Part shown: piece by piece, positions 25,449 through 33,388 of the stretch
Numbering within the stretch: position 1 is the stretch's first letter
Layout of the letters: every line of letters begins with the position of its first letter
DNA from: an uncultured delta proteobacterium
Lineage (GTDB): Bacteria > Desulfobacterota > Binatia > UBA9968
Direction of reading: 5' to 3'
Assembly: GCA_963771465.1 (NCBI GenBank)
Contig: CAVYTU010000010.1
Span: 4,380 to 68,379 of the forward strand
Length of the DNA: 64,000 nt
Made by a program: the position numbers and the translations under genes
The notes under the pieces: generated by a model
Seen by the model: only the letters and a program-made list of their open reading frames with translations
Database searches by the model: none
What the model was told of the DNA's origin: nothing

Positions 25449-26930
25449 TTATTCATAAATCGTCTCTCGCCACTTCGCGCGGATTTGGTTTTTTAGTGCT
25501 TCACTCGATTCGGCGATGGGCGGGAATTGATGGCGCCGATCGTAGGGCATGCAGGCGTCGATCAAGCAACGCGAGCTGTGGCCTTTGTTCTCGGGCGGGA
25601 TGCAGACGTCCAGCGAGCCGCTGGCGGCGCGGCGAATGATTTCGACGGCGGTCTCGGGGTCGCAGCGCGTTGACATCGCCCAGAGCACGTCGAACTCGCT
25701 CGTCGGATCGATGTCTTCGTCCACGACCACGACGAATCTTCCATTGTACGCACCGCCGAGGGACTGCGAGGCGAGGAAGAGCGCTTGGCGCGAGTGGCCG
25801 GGATAGGCTTGCTTGATCGAGATGACGTTGAACAAACTGCCGATGCCCGATTCGAGCGACCAAACACCTTTGACGTTGGGCAAGCCGGCTTTCTCGACGC
25901 GGTCCCAAAGCTGCGCGGCGCGGATCATGCCTTTCGACAGCGAATAGTCCGTCGGCGGCCGGCCGGGGCGCGCGACGCAGAGGATCGGATCGTTGCGATG
26001 ATAGATGCGTTCGATGCGCAGCACCGGCGTGTCTTCCATTCTTGTGCCGTAGTAGCCGAGCCATTCGCCAAACGGCCCGTCGGCTTTGATGTCACCTGGG
26101 TGGAGAAAGCCTTCGATGGCGATCTCCGTGTGCGCGGGAAAGGGTAGGCCGGTGACTTCGCCCTCGACGAGATCGAAAGGCCGTCCCCTAATGCCGCCGC
26201 AGTAATCGTACTCGGAATAACCCAATTCGATCGGATTGCCGGCGGCTAAAAGCAGCAGCGGGTCTTGGCCGACGCAGAGAACCACGGGGCAAGACTTGCC
26301 CTGCTTAAAATATTTCTCCATGTGCATGCGTCCATGCTTGCCGGCGGACGACATGAAGAGCCCGACTGATTTGTCGTCATGCACCATGGCGCGATAGGTG
26401 CCGAGGTTAAGCCAGCCTTCTTCAGGATCGCGAGTGATCGCGATGCACGCCGTGCCGATGAACCGGCCGCCGTCGAGCTCGTGCACTTTGGGCACCGGAA
26501 ACTTGAGTACGTTGATCTGCCCGCCGGCCAGTTTATTTTCAAACACCGGGCCGGTGGCGACGATGCGCGGCGGGAGCGGATGGAGCGCGTTGAGTTTTTC
26601 CTTGAAGCGGCTGACGAGTTTTAATCCCGTGCTGTCCATGGGCAAACCGGCCATGAGCGCGAGACGGCGGTAAGAAGTTTGCTGGCCGAACAGAATGCGA
26701 AATCCTTCAGGGTAGCCTTTGATTCGATCGAACAGCAGCGCCGGGATGGTGCCGCTGCGTTCGCGATAAATCAGCTCGGCCATGGCGCCGATTTCTAGAT
26801 TCCAATCGGCGCCGTTGATCCGCTTGAGCTCGCCCATCGACTCGACTAATTCCAGCCATTGGCGAACGTCGTCGTAGGGACGCGGTAGATTGCCTTCATC
26901 GATAGCTTGGGATTCGTGCGGCAGCGCCAT
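25449..26930 (-). CDS. UbiD-family (prFMN-dependent) aromatic acid decarboxylase
   Basis: 493 aa with typical UbiD blocks: VLKFPVPKVHELDGGRFIGT, GTYRAMV, EYDYCGGIRGRP, and GPFGEWLGYYG (alignable to the GPFGE(Y/F)TGYY motif). Confidence 0.9.
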   Translation of the reverse strand: MALPHESQAIDEGNLPRPYDDVRQWLELVESMGELKRINGADWNLEIGAMAELIYRERSGTIPALLFDRIKGYPEGFRILFGQQTSYRRLALMAGLPMDSTGLKLVSRFKEKLNALHPLPPRIVATGPVFENKLAGGQINVLKFPVPKVHELDGGRFIGTACIAITRDPEEGWLNLGTYRAMVHDDKSVGLFMSSAGKHGRMHMEKYFKQGKSCPVVLCVGQDPLLLLAAGNPIELGYSEYDYCGGIRGRPFDLVEGEVTGLPFPAHTEIAIEGFLHPGDIKADGPFGEWLGYYGTRMEDTPVLRIERIYHRNDPILCVARPGRPPTDYSLSKGMIRAAQLWDRVEKAGLPNVKGVWSLESGIGSLFNVISIKQAYPGHSRQALFLASQSLGGAYNGRFVVVVDEDIDPTSEFDVLWAMSTRCDPETAVEIIRRAASGSLDVCIPPENKGHSSRCLIDACMPYDRRHQFPPIAESSEALKNQIRAKWRETIYE

Positions 26931-29213
26931 TCATTTCTCCTTTGCTTGCCTTAACTGTTCGAGTAGTTTTTCCGCCGACATGGGCAATTCTTTCAAGCGC
27001 ACGCCGGTGGCGTGGGCGATGGCGTTAGCTACCGCCGGAGCGATGCCGAAGACGGACATCTCGCCGACGCCTTTGGCGCCGTAGGGTTCGGAGGCATATT
27101 TTTTTTCGACGATGATCGGCGTCGCGCTTGGAATGTCCCGCGTGGTCGGAATCTTGTAGTCGGCAAAGCTGGCGTTGGTGATTTTCCCCTGATCGAATAC
27201 CAATTCTTCCGAGAGCGCGTAGCCGAGCCCCATCATGATGCCGCCTTGAATCTGACCGGTGACCGCCATCGGATTGAGCGCTTGGCCGATATCGTGGGCC
27301 GAGGCGACGCGCAGGAGTTTGATCGCGCCGGTCTCGCGATCGACGGCGACTTCCACCGCCTGCGCGCCGAACGGCCAACCCGGCGCGGCAGCGCTTTTCG
27401 CCGCTGCCGCAGCGTCGCCGGCCCAAACTCTCTGGCTCTCGCTCGCGCCGATGCCGATGATTTCGCCTGCGGCGGATTTTTCGGCGACGGCAGCGAACGT
27501 CATCGCATGGCCTTTGGCAAAAACTTTCTTGCGCGCAAGCCGGAGCTCACTCGGGGTGAGATGCCAAAGCTGCGCGGCGATCTCAAACAGTTGGCGCCGG
27601 GCATCGGCGGCGGCGAACTTCACGGCCGCGCCGACGTAGGGTGTGACGCGGCTCGAATAGGTGCCGTGGTCGAAGGGAGTTCGTTCGGTGTCGGCGATGA
27701 CGACTACAATGTCATGCAACGGTATAGCCAATTCCTCGGCGACGATCTGGCCGAGGCTCGTTCCCGTGCCGCCACCGACGTCGGTGGCACCGATTTGTAA
27801 TTCCACTTGGCCGTTTGCGTCGATGCGCACTCTGGCGTTGGAAGACGACGCCGAAGTGGTTGGCGATTTGTGCAGCAACGCGAGGCCGAAGCCGTGATTC
27901 GCCGGAGCGCGCTTGCGCCAGCGCTTGAGCTCGCCGGCGACTTTGATCAAACATTCGCGCAGCGCAATATGATGTGCGCGATCGCCGACCGGCGTTTCGT
28001 CGCCGCTGTCGAGGCAATTTTTTAGCCGCAGATCGACGGGTTCGATGCCGAGCTTCGCGGCGATGATGTCCATCTGTGATTCGCCGGCCCAGACGGCTTC
28101 AGGAATACCCAAGCCGCGAAACGGACAGCCGCGCAACTTATTCGTATAAACCAGCGTGGAGACGACGCGAATGTTCGGGATGCGATAGGGCCCGACGCCG
28201 TCTTTAAGCGCGCGATTGCTGCCGGGCAATCCTTCCGCGTAGGCGCCGGTGTCCCAGGTGAAATCCATGGCGCGCGCGGTGATCGTGCCATCGCGCTTCA
28301 CCCCGGTGCGCACGCGCACGGTGGCCGGCACGGAGCCGGCGGCCGCGGCGAATTCTTCGGCGCGGCTGTTGACGAGCCGCACCGGTTTTTTCGTCTTCAA
28401 CGCCAGCGCCGCGGCATACGGTTCGAGCCGCATGGCGTTTTTGCCGCCGAAGCCGGCGCCGATTTTCGTGCCGATGACGCGAATCTTATCTTCAGCGAGA
28501 TCGAAGAGCTCGGCTAAACCCGAGCGCACGAGAAAAACTTTTTGCGTGCTGGTCCATACCGTGAGTTGCTCGCCATTCCATTGGGCGACGACGGCGTGGG
28601 GCTCGAGCGAGCAATGCTGCACTTGCTGAGCGCGAAACGTATCGTCGAAGATTTCATCAGCTGCGGCGAAGCCTTCATCGATGTCGCCTTTGGTGAAGAG
28701 CGCCTGATGCGCGATGTTGGTGCCGGGGAGCGGATGCCAGTCGCGCGCCAAGACGCTGTTCATTCGATAGGATTGGAGCTGATCGTGGACCAATGGCGCA
28801 TTCTCGCCAAGCGCTTCGTCGGTCGTCAGCGCCGCCGGTAATTCGTGGAAATCACAATCGATCAAAGCCACCGCTTGTTCGGCGAGTTCCTCGTCATCGG
28901 CGGCCACCGCGGCGATGACATCGCCGATGTAACGCACTTTGTCTGTGGCAAAGATCTGCTCGTCTTGGAGCGAAAAGCCGAAACGCTTGGCGGGCACGTC
29001 GTCGGCGGTGAGCACGGCAGCGACTCCCGCCAGAGCCCGAGCGCGACTGGTGTCGACGCGACGAATTCTTGCGTGCGGCAGCGGGCTGCGCAGCAGCTTG
29101 ACGCGCAGTGTCCCGGGCAAGACCACGTCGACGCTGTATTGGGCGCCGCCCGAGACGGTGTCGAGACCGTCGAGGCGCGGCGCCGGCTTGCCGATGATTT
29201 TAAAACTTCTCAC
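26931..29213 (-). CDS. Xanthine dehydrogenase/aldehyde oxidase family molybdopterin-binding large subunit
   Basis: 760 aa. N-terminal GKPAPRLDGLDTVSGGAQYSVDV, plus GGGFGGK-like GAGFGGK and a C-terminal GVGEMSVFGIAPAVANAI motif. Confidence 0.9.
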   Translation of the reverse strand: MRSFKIIGKPAPRLDGLDTVSGGAQYSVDVVLPGTLRVKLLRSPLPHARIRRVDTSRARALAGVAAVLTADDVPAKRFGFSLQDEQIFATDKVRYIGDVIAAVAADDEELAEQAVALIDCDFHELPAALTTDEALGENAPLVHDQLQSYRMNSVLARDWHPLPGTNIAHQALFTKGDIDEGFAAADEIFDDTFRAQQVQHCSLEPHAVVAQWNGEQLTVWTSTQKVFLVRSGLAELFDLAEDKIRVIGTKIGAGFGGKNAMRLEPYAAALALKTKKPVRLVNSRAEEFAAAAGSVPATVRVRTGVKRDGTITARAMDFTWDTGAYAEGLPGSNRALKDGVGPYRIPNIRVVSTLVYTNKLRGCPFRGLGIPEAVWAGESQMDIIAAKLGIEPVDLRLKNCLDSGDETPVGDRAHHIALRECLIKVAGELKRWRKRAPANHGFGLALLHKSPTTSASSSNARVRIDANGQVELQIGATDVGGGTGTSLGQIVAEELAIPLHDIVVVIADTERTPFDHGTYSSRVTPYVGAAVKFAAADARRQLFEIAAQLWHLTPSELRLARKKVFAKGHAMTFAAVAEKSAAGEIIGIGASESQRVWAGDAAAAAKSAAAPGWPFGAQAVEVAVDRETGAIKLLRVASAHDIGQALNPMAVTGQIQGGIMMGLGYALSEELVFDQGKITNASFADYKIPTTRDIPSATPIIVEKKYASEPYGAKGVGEMSVFGIAPAVANAIAHATGVRLKELPMSAEKLLEQLRQAKEK

Positions 29214-29623
29214 GAGGCTGGTGGCTGTTTCGGTGGCGCGTAGAGTTGCAGCAGATTGCCATCGGGATCAAAAAAGTAGAAACCTCGTCCGGTCGGGCGA
29301 TCGACGGTGGGGATGTCGTAGACTTTCACACCCCAATCTTTCATTTTTTTCGCCGCGAGCTCGAAGTCTTCCGGTGAGACGGTAAAAGCCTGGTGTGTGG
29401 CGCCGTCCTCTTTCAGCGCGTCTTTTGCCATCGATTTCGGACGCTGAAAAAGCACGACCATGGAGTCGCCGGAGCGCAGATCGGCACGGTTCAAATGATC
29501 ACCCATGTCGTCCTTGTTGAGCTTGGCGATCGTCATGCCCAAAATCTCGGTGTAGAACTTGACCGGGCGCTCGACATCGTTGACCGGGATACCGATATGA
29601 TAAACGCCTTTCGTCGTAATCAT
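29210..29623 (-). CDS. VOC/glyoxalase-bleomycin resistance-dioxygenase superfamily protein
   Basis: VYHIGIPVNDVERPVKFYTEILGM ... HQAFTV ... GRGFYFFDPDGNLLQL: typical VOC beta-alpha-beta-beta-beta modules. It overlaps the next gene by 4 nt (ATGA). Confidence 0.85.
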   Translation of the reverse strand: MITTKGVYHIGIPVNDVERPVKFYTEILGMTIAKLNKDDMGDHLNRADLRSGDSMVVLFQRPKSMAKDALKEDGATHQAFTVSPEDFELAAKKMKDWGVKVYDIPTVDRPTGRGFYFFDPDGNLLQLYAPPKQPPAS

Positions 29624-29820
29624 AAAACCTCCGTAAGATTATCCATGGCCATTACCACCTGCGGATTCTGTCCGTCAACCGGTCGGAATTGGAATGATGG
29701 CCTGTTTGAGTAATGGAGTGATGGCTACGAGAACGCGCACCGTCCGTCGGGTTTCACCTTGACAGGCTGTGGGGTTTCAACTAGTGGTCAGCCGAAGAAT
29801 TTACCTTAGCTGAGGATTCA

Positions 29821-30939
29821 ATGAAAAAGCCATTGATTGTCATTTTCGCCGCCATCGCGCTGACGGTTTTAAGTGACGCGCAAGCTCTAGCCGCCGAAGC
29901 CAAGCGGCCGGCGGAGTGGGATAAAGCTGTCGAGGAAGCGAAGAAGGAAGGTAAGATTGTTTTGGCAATTCCTCCGGCGACGGAATTGCGAACCGCGTTG
30001 GAGCCGCTGTTGAAACAGAAATTCGGTCTTGATGCCGAGCTGGTTTCGGCGCCCGGACCGAAAAACGCGAGCCGAATCGCCGCGGAGAAGAAAGCCGGCG
30101 TAAATTATTTTGACGCAATCATTTGCGGCACGGGGACGGCGGCGGGACTGACCCATGACGGCATGCTCGAACCGATGGAATCGTTTTGGATTCTTCCGGA
30201 GGTGAAGGATGCCAAGCAATGGTGGGGCGGCCATATCTGGGAAGACAATCTGAGCACGCACAAATTTCTCTATTCCTTTCTCGCCGACGTGAGCACCCAT
30301 AGCACTTGGTACAATACGTCGCTGGCCAAGCCGCAGGAGCTGCGCGCCTTCGACGATTATTTAAACCCCAAATGGAAGGGTCGCATCGGCTTCAGCGATC
30401 CTCGCGTGCCGAGCTCGGGGCAGTCGATCTGGTCGTTTATGTGGGAGCATCGCGGCGAGGAGTTTTTGAAAAAGCTGGTCCAGCAAGAGCTGTTCTTGAC
30501 CCGCGATCTGCGCCAACTCGCCGACGCGGTAGCGAAAGGAAAAGTGGTTCTCGCTTTCGGTTTGGGCCGAAGCCAAACCGAGCCGTTTATCAAAGCCGGC
30601 CTGCCGCTCAAACCGGCGCCGGTGACCAAGGAAGGTTTGCCGGCAAGCAACGGGTTTGGCGTGCTCGGTGTCATCAAAGACTCGCCCCATCCCAGTGCGA
30701 CAAAAGTGTTCATTAACTGGTTTCTGAGCCGCGAGGGGCAGGAGTGGTATTCCAAAGTGATGTTGAACGGCACGCGCCGGCTCGATGTGAATACCAAGTG
30801 GCTCAAAGATTCCGGCATCGCCGCGGCCAAAGACGCGCTGACCGTGCAAGAGTATCACCGCGTGCGCAATCACCTCGAAGACAAATACACCAAAGTGCGA
30901 GTGCCGGCGGGCAAGTTTGCCGAGACGGTATTGCAGTAG
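29821..30939 (+). CDS. Family-1 extracellular solute-binding protein (ABC SBP)
   Basis: Signal peptide MKKPLIVIFAAIALTVLSDAQALA and SBP_bac_1-like organisation (EGKIVLAIPP ... YLNPKWKGRIGF ... HPSATKVFINWFLSREGQ). Confidence 0.8.
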   Translation: MKKPLIVIFAAIALTVLSDAQALAAEAKRPAEWDKAVEEAKKEGKIVLAIPPATELRTALEPLLKQKFGLDAELVSAPGPKNASRIAAEKKAGVNYFDAIICGTGTAAGLTHDGMLEPMESFWILPEVKDAKQWWGGHIWEDNLSTHKFLYSFLADVSTHSTWYNTSLAKPQELRAFDDYLNPKWKGRIGFSDPRVPSSGQSIWSFMWEHRGEEFLKKLVQQELFLTRDLRQLADAVAKGKVVLAFGLGRSQTEPFIKAGLPLKPAPVTKEGLPASNGFGVLGVIKDSPHPSATKVFINWFLSREGQEWYSKVMLNGTRRLDVNTKWLKDSGIAAAKDALTVQEYHRVRNHLEDKYTKVRVPAGKFAETVLQ

Positions 30940-30956
30940 GAATTTCGGAGTTTCTC

Positions 30957-30983
30957 GCGCAAAGAACGCAAAGGGCGTAAAGG
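30957..30983. repeat. 3 x 9-nt tandem motif (RYGYAAAGR), copy 1
   Basis: GCGCAAAGA ACGCAAAGG GCGTAAAGG, 18 nt after the stop at 30939. A near-identical copy lies at 46467-46493. Confidence 0.65.
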
Positions 30984-31008
30984 TAGGAATAATCTTGGAG
31001 GTGCGACG

Positions 31009-32091
31009 ATGAAATTTCGAAAAATTCTTTTCACCGCCGTTGGTGCGGTAATGATCGTCGCTTGGTTCGTGTCGTTAGCGTCAACCGCTTCGGTGGAAGA
31101 GATCACGCTTTACAACAAACCGGATCGGCAAAAGATTCTCGTCGACGGCGCGCGCAAGGAAGGCAAGATCACCTGGTATACGTCGTTGATCGTCGATCAG
31201 GTCGTGCGCCCGCTGAAGGAAGCGTTCGAGAAAAAATATCCGTTCATCCAGATCGAACATTTTCGCGGTAACTCGGAGCGCTTGGTGCAGAAAATGTTCG
31301 CCGAGTATCAAGGCAAACGTTATGAAGTCGACATCGTCGACGGCACGGTGACCGCGCCGATGGTCAAAAAAGGCGGCTACCTGCAGCGCTTTTACTCACC
31401 CCACCTGGCGGAATATCCCGCGGAGCTTAAAGATCCGCAGGGTTATTGGGGCGTGAGCAACGTCTATTATTTTGCCGTCGGCTACAATACGCGCATGGTC
31501 AAGCCCAACGAAGTGCCGAAGAGCTATGAAGATTTGCTCCATCCGCGTTGGAAGGGGCAGATGATATGGTCGACCAGCCGCGGCTCGGGGGCGCCCATGA
31601 TGATCGGCAATATCTTGCAGTCCATGGGACAGGAAGCGGGGAAAGTTTACTTACAGAAACTCAAAGCGCAAAACGTCGCCAAGTCCACGGCGAGCAACCG
31701 GCAGTTACTCGACTTAGTCATCGCCGGCGAATATCCACTGGCGCTGCATATTTTTCACCATCACGCGCATATCAGCCGGAGCGCCGGCGCTCCAGTGGAT
31801 TGGGCGCCGATCGAACCGGCGACGGCGACGATCAACACGATCTCGCCGGTGACGCGATCGCCGCACCCGCACGCGGCGATGCTCTTGCTCGATTTCGTCT
31901 TGTCCGAAGAAGGGCAGAAAGTAATTCAAGCGGTCAATTATCTGCCGTCCCATCCCAAGATTCCCGCCAAGCAGGTCGATCTCAAACCGGGCGGCGGCAA
32001 GTTCAAGCGCGCGCTTTACTTTACTCCAGACGCGCACGTGAATGACGGCGACGCCTGGGTCGATTACTTCGAGAAGAACTTTTTAAAGTGA
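31009..32091 (+). CDS. Family-1 extracellular solute-binding protein (Fe3+-type ABC SBP), tandem paralogue 1
   Basis: Signal peptide. About 70% amino-acid identity by eye to the next gene, along the full length. Confidence 0.8.
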   Translation: MKFRKILFTAVGAVMIVAWFVSLASTASVEEITLYNKPDRQKILVDGARKEGKITWYTSLIVDQVVRPLKEAFEKKYPFIQIEHFRGNSERLVQKMFAEYQGKRYEVDIVDGTVTAPMVKKGGYLQRFYSPHLAEYPAELKDPQGYWGVSNVYYFAVGYNTRMVKPNEVPKSYEDLLHPRWKGQMIWSTSRGSGAPMMIGNILQSMGQEAGKVYLQKLKAQNVAKSTASNRQLLDLVIAGEYPLALHIFHHHAHISRSAGAPVDWAPIEPATATINTISPVTRSPHPHAAMLLLDFVLSEEGQKVIQAVNYLPSHPKIPAKQVDLKPGGGKFKRALYFTPDAHVNDGDAWVDYFEKNFLK

Positions 32092-32282
32092 GCGCAGGCC
32101 CAGTCCAATAATCGAGTAGTATTTCAGCTCAGGCCGAGCGGCTGTGGGCCGACGACTATTGCGACTGGTTAGTTTTTGGCATCGCGCGTTTTTTACGTGA
32201 CTGAAGTTTGTTCCGTTACCTTGACAAGGCGAGCCGAGTCAGACTAGCGTCGCGAGCAGTGCGGCTGGAAGGAGAACGTCGA

Positions 32283-33374
32283 ATGATGCAGCTGTTTTCA
32301 AGGCGACAGCGCCAGCGGACGTCGCTGATTGTTTTGCTCGCCTCGATGATACTCATTCGCTCGACATCAGCGGCAACGGTCGAAGAAATCGCTCTGATGA
32401 GCCGGCCCGACCGGCAAAAGATTCTGGTCGAAGGCGCCAAGAAAGAAGCCAAGGTGACTTGGTATACTACCTTAATCGTCGATCAGGTGGTGCGGCCGGT
32501 CAAAGAGGCTTTTGAGAAAGAGTATCCGTTCATCCAAATGGAATACTTTCGCGGCAATTCGGAGCGCATCGTGCAAAAGATGCTGGCCGAATACCAAGCG
32601 AAAAGATACGACGTCGATATCATCGACGGCACGGTGTCGCCGACCATGGTGCGGCGCGCGAATTTGTTGCAACGATTTCATTCGCCGATGCTGGCCGAGT
32701 ACCCGGCAGACTTAAAGGACGCGCAAGGTTTCTGGGGCACGACCAATCTTTATTTCTTCGCCACCGGTTACAATACGCGGATGGTCAAGCCCAAGGAGGT
32801 GCCGAAAACTTACGAAGACCTGCTCAATCCGCGCTGGAAGGGACAGATGATGTGGTCGACCAGCCGCGGCTCCGGCGCACCCATTTTTGTCGGCACGATT
32901 CTTAACTCCATGGGCCTGGAAGCAGGCAAAGCGTACTTGCAAAAATTAAAGGCGCAGAACATCGCCAAGAGTACGGCGAGCAATCGGCAGGTTTTGGACT
33001 TGACGATCGCCGGCGAGTATCCGCTGGCGCTGCAGATGTTCAACCATCATGCCTTTATCAGCAAGTCGGCGGGCGCGCCGGTCGATTGGCAGCCTCATGA
33101 ACCAGCGACCGCGACCATTCACACCATCGCGTTGGCGAAAAACTCGCCGCACCCGCATGCGTCCATGCTCTTGCTCGATTTCGTCATGTCGGAACGGGGA
33201 CAGAAAGTTTATCAGCAAGCTAACTATCTGCCGTCGCATCCAAAAGTTCCGGCCAAGCAAGCGGACCTCAAACCGGGCGCGCGCTTCAAGCGCGCCTATT
33301 ACATCAATCCCGATGCCCAGTACGATAAAGGCAACGAGTGGGTGGATTACTTCAACAGCGTGTTTCTTAAGTAG
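32283..33374 (+). CDS. Family-1 extracellular solute-binding protein (Fe3+-type ABC SBP), tandem paralogue 2
   Basis: GGAAGGAG lies upstream of ATG 32283 (MMQLFSRRQRQRTSLIVLLASMIL...). The listed start at 32208 is rejected. Confidence 0.8.
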   Translation: MMQLFSRRQRQRTSLIVLLASMILIRSTSAATVEEIALMSRPDRQKILVEGAKKEAKVTWYTTLIVDQVVRPVKEAFEKEYPFIQMEYFRGNSERIVQKMLAEYQAKRYDVDIIDGTVSPTMVRRANLLQRFHSPMLAEYPADLKDAQGFWGTTNLYFFATGYNTRMVKPKEVPKTYEDLLNPRWKGQMMWSTSRGSGAPIFVGTILNSMGLEAGKAYLQKLKAQNIAKSTASNRQVLDLTIAGEYPLALQMFNHHAFISKSAGAPVDWQPHEPATATIHTIALAKNSPHPHASMLLLDFVMSERGQKVYQQANYLPSHPKVPAKQADLKPGARFKRAYYINPDAQYDKGNEWVDYFNSVFLK

Positions 33375-33388
33375 CGGCGGCTAAGAAC

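Noticed and set aside
27012-27800. 262-aa plus-strand ORF, with several others, overlapping the Mo-hydroxylase gene
   Set aside because: It lies on the opposite strand of a 760-aa gene with strong family motifs. It has shadow-ORF composition (R/G/A-rich) and no start context.
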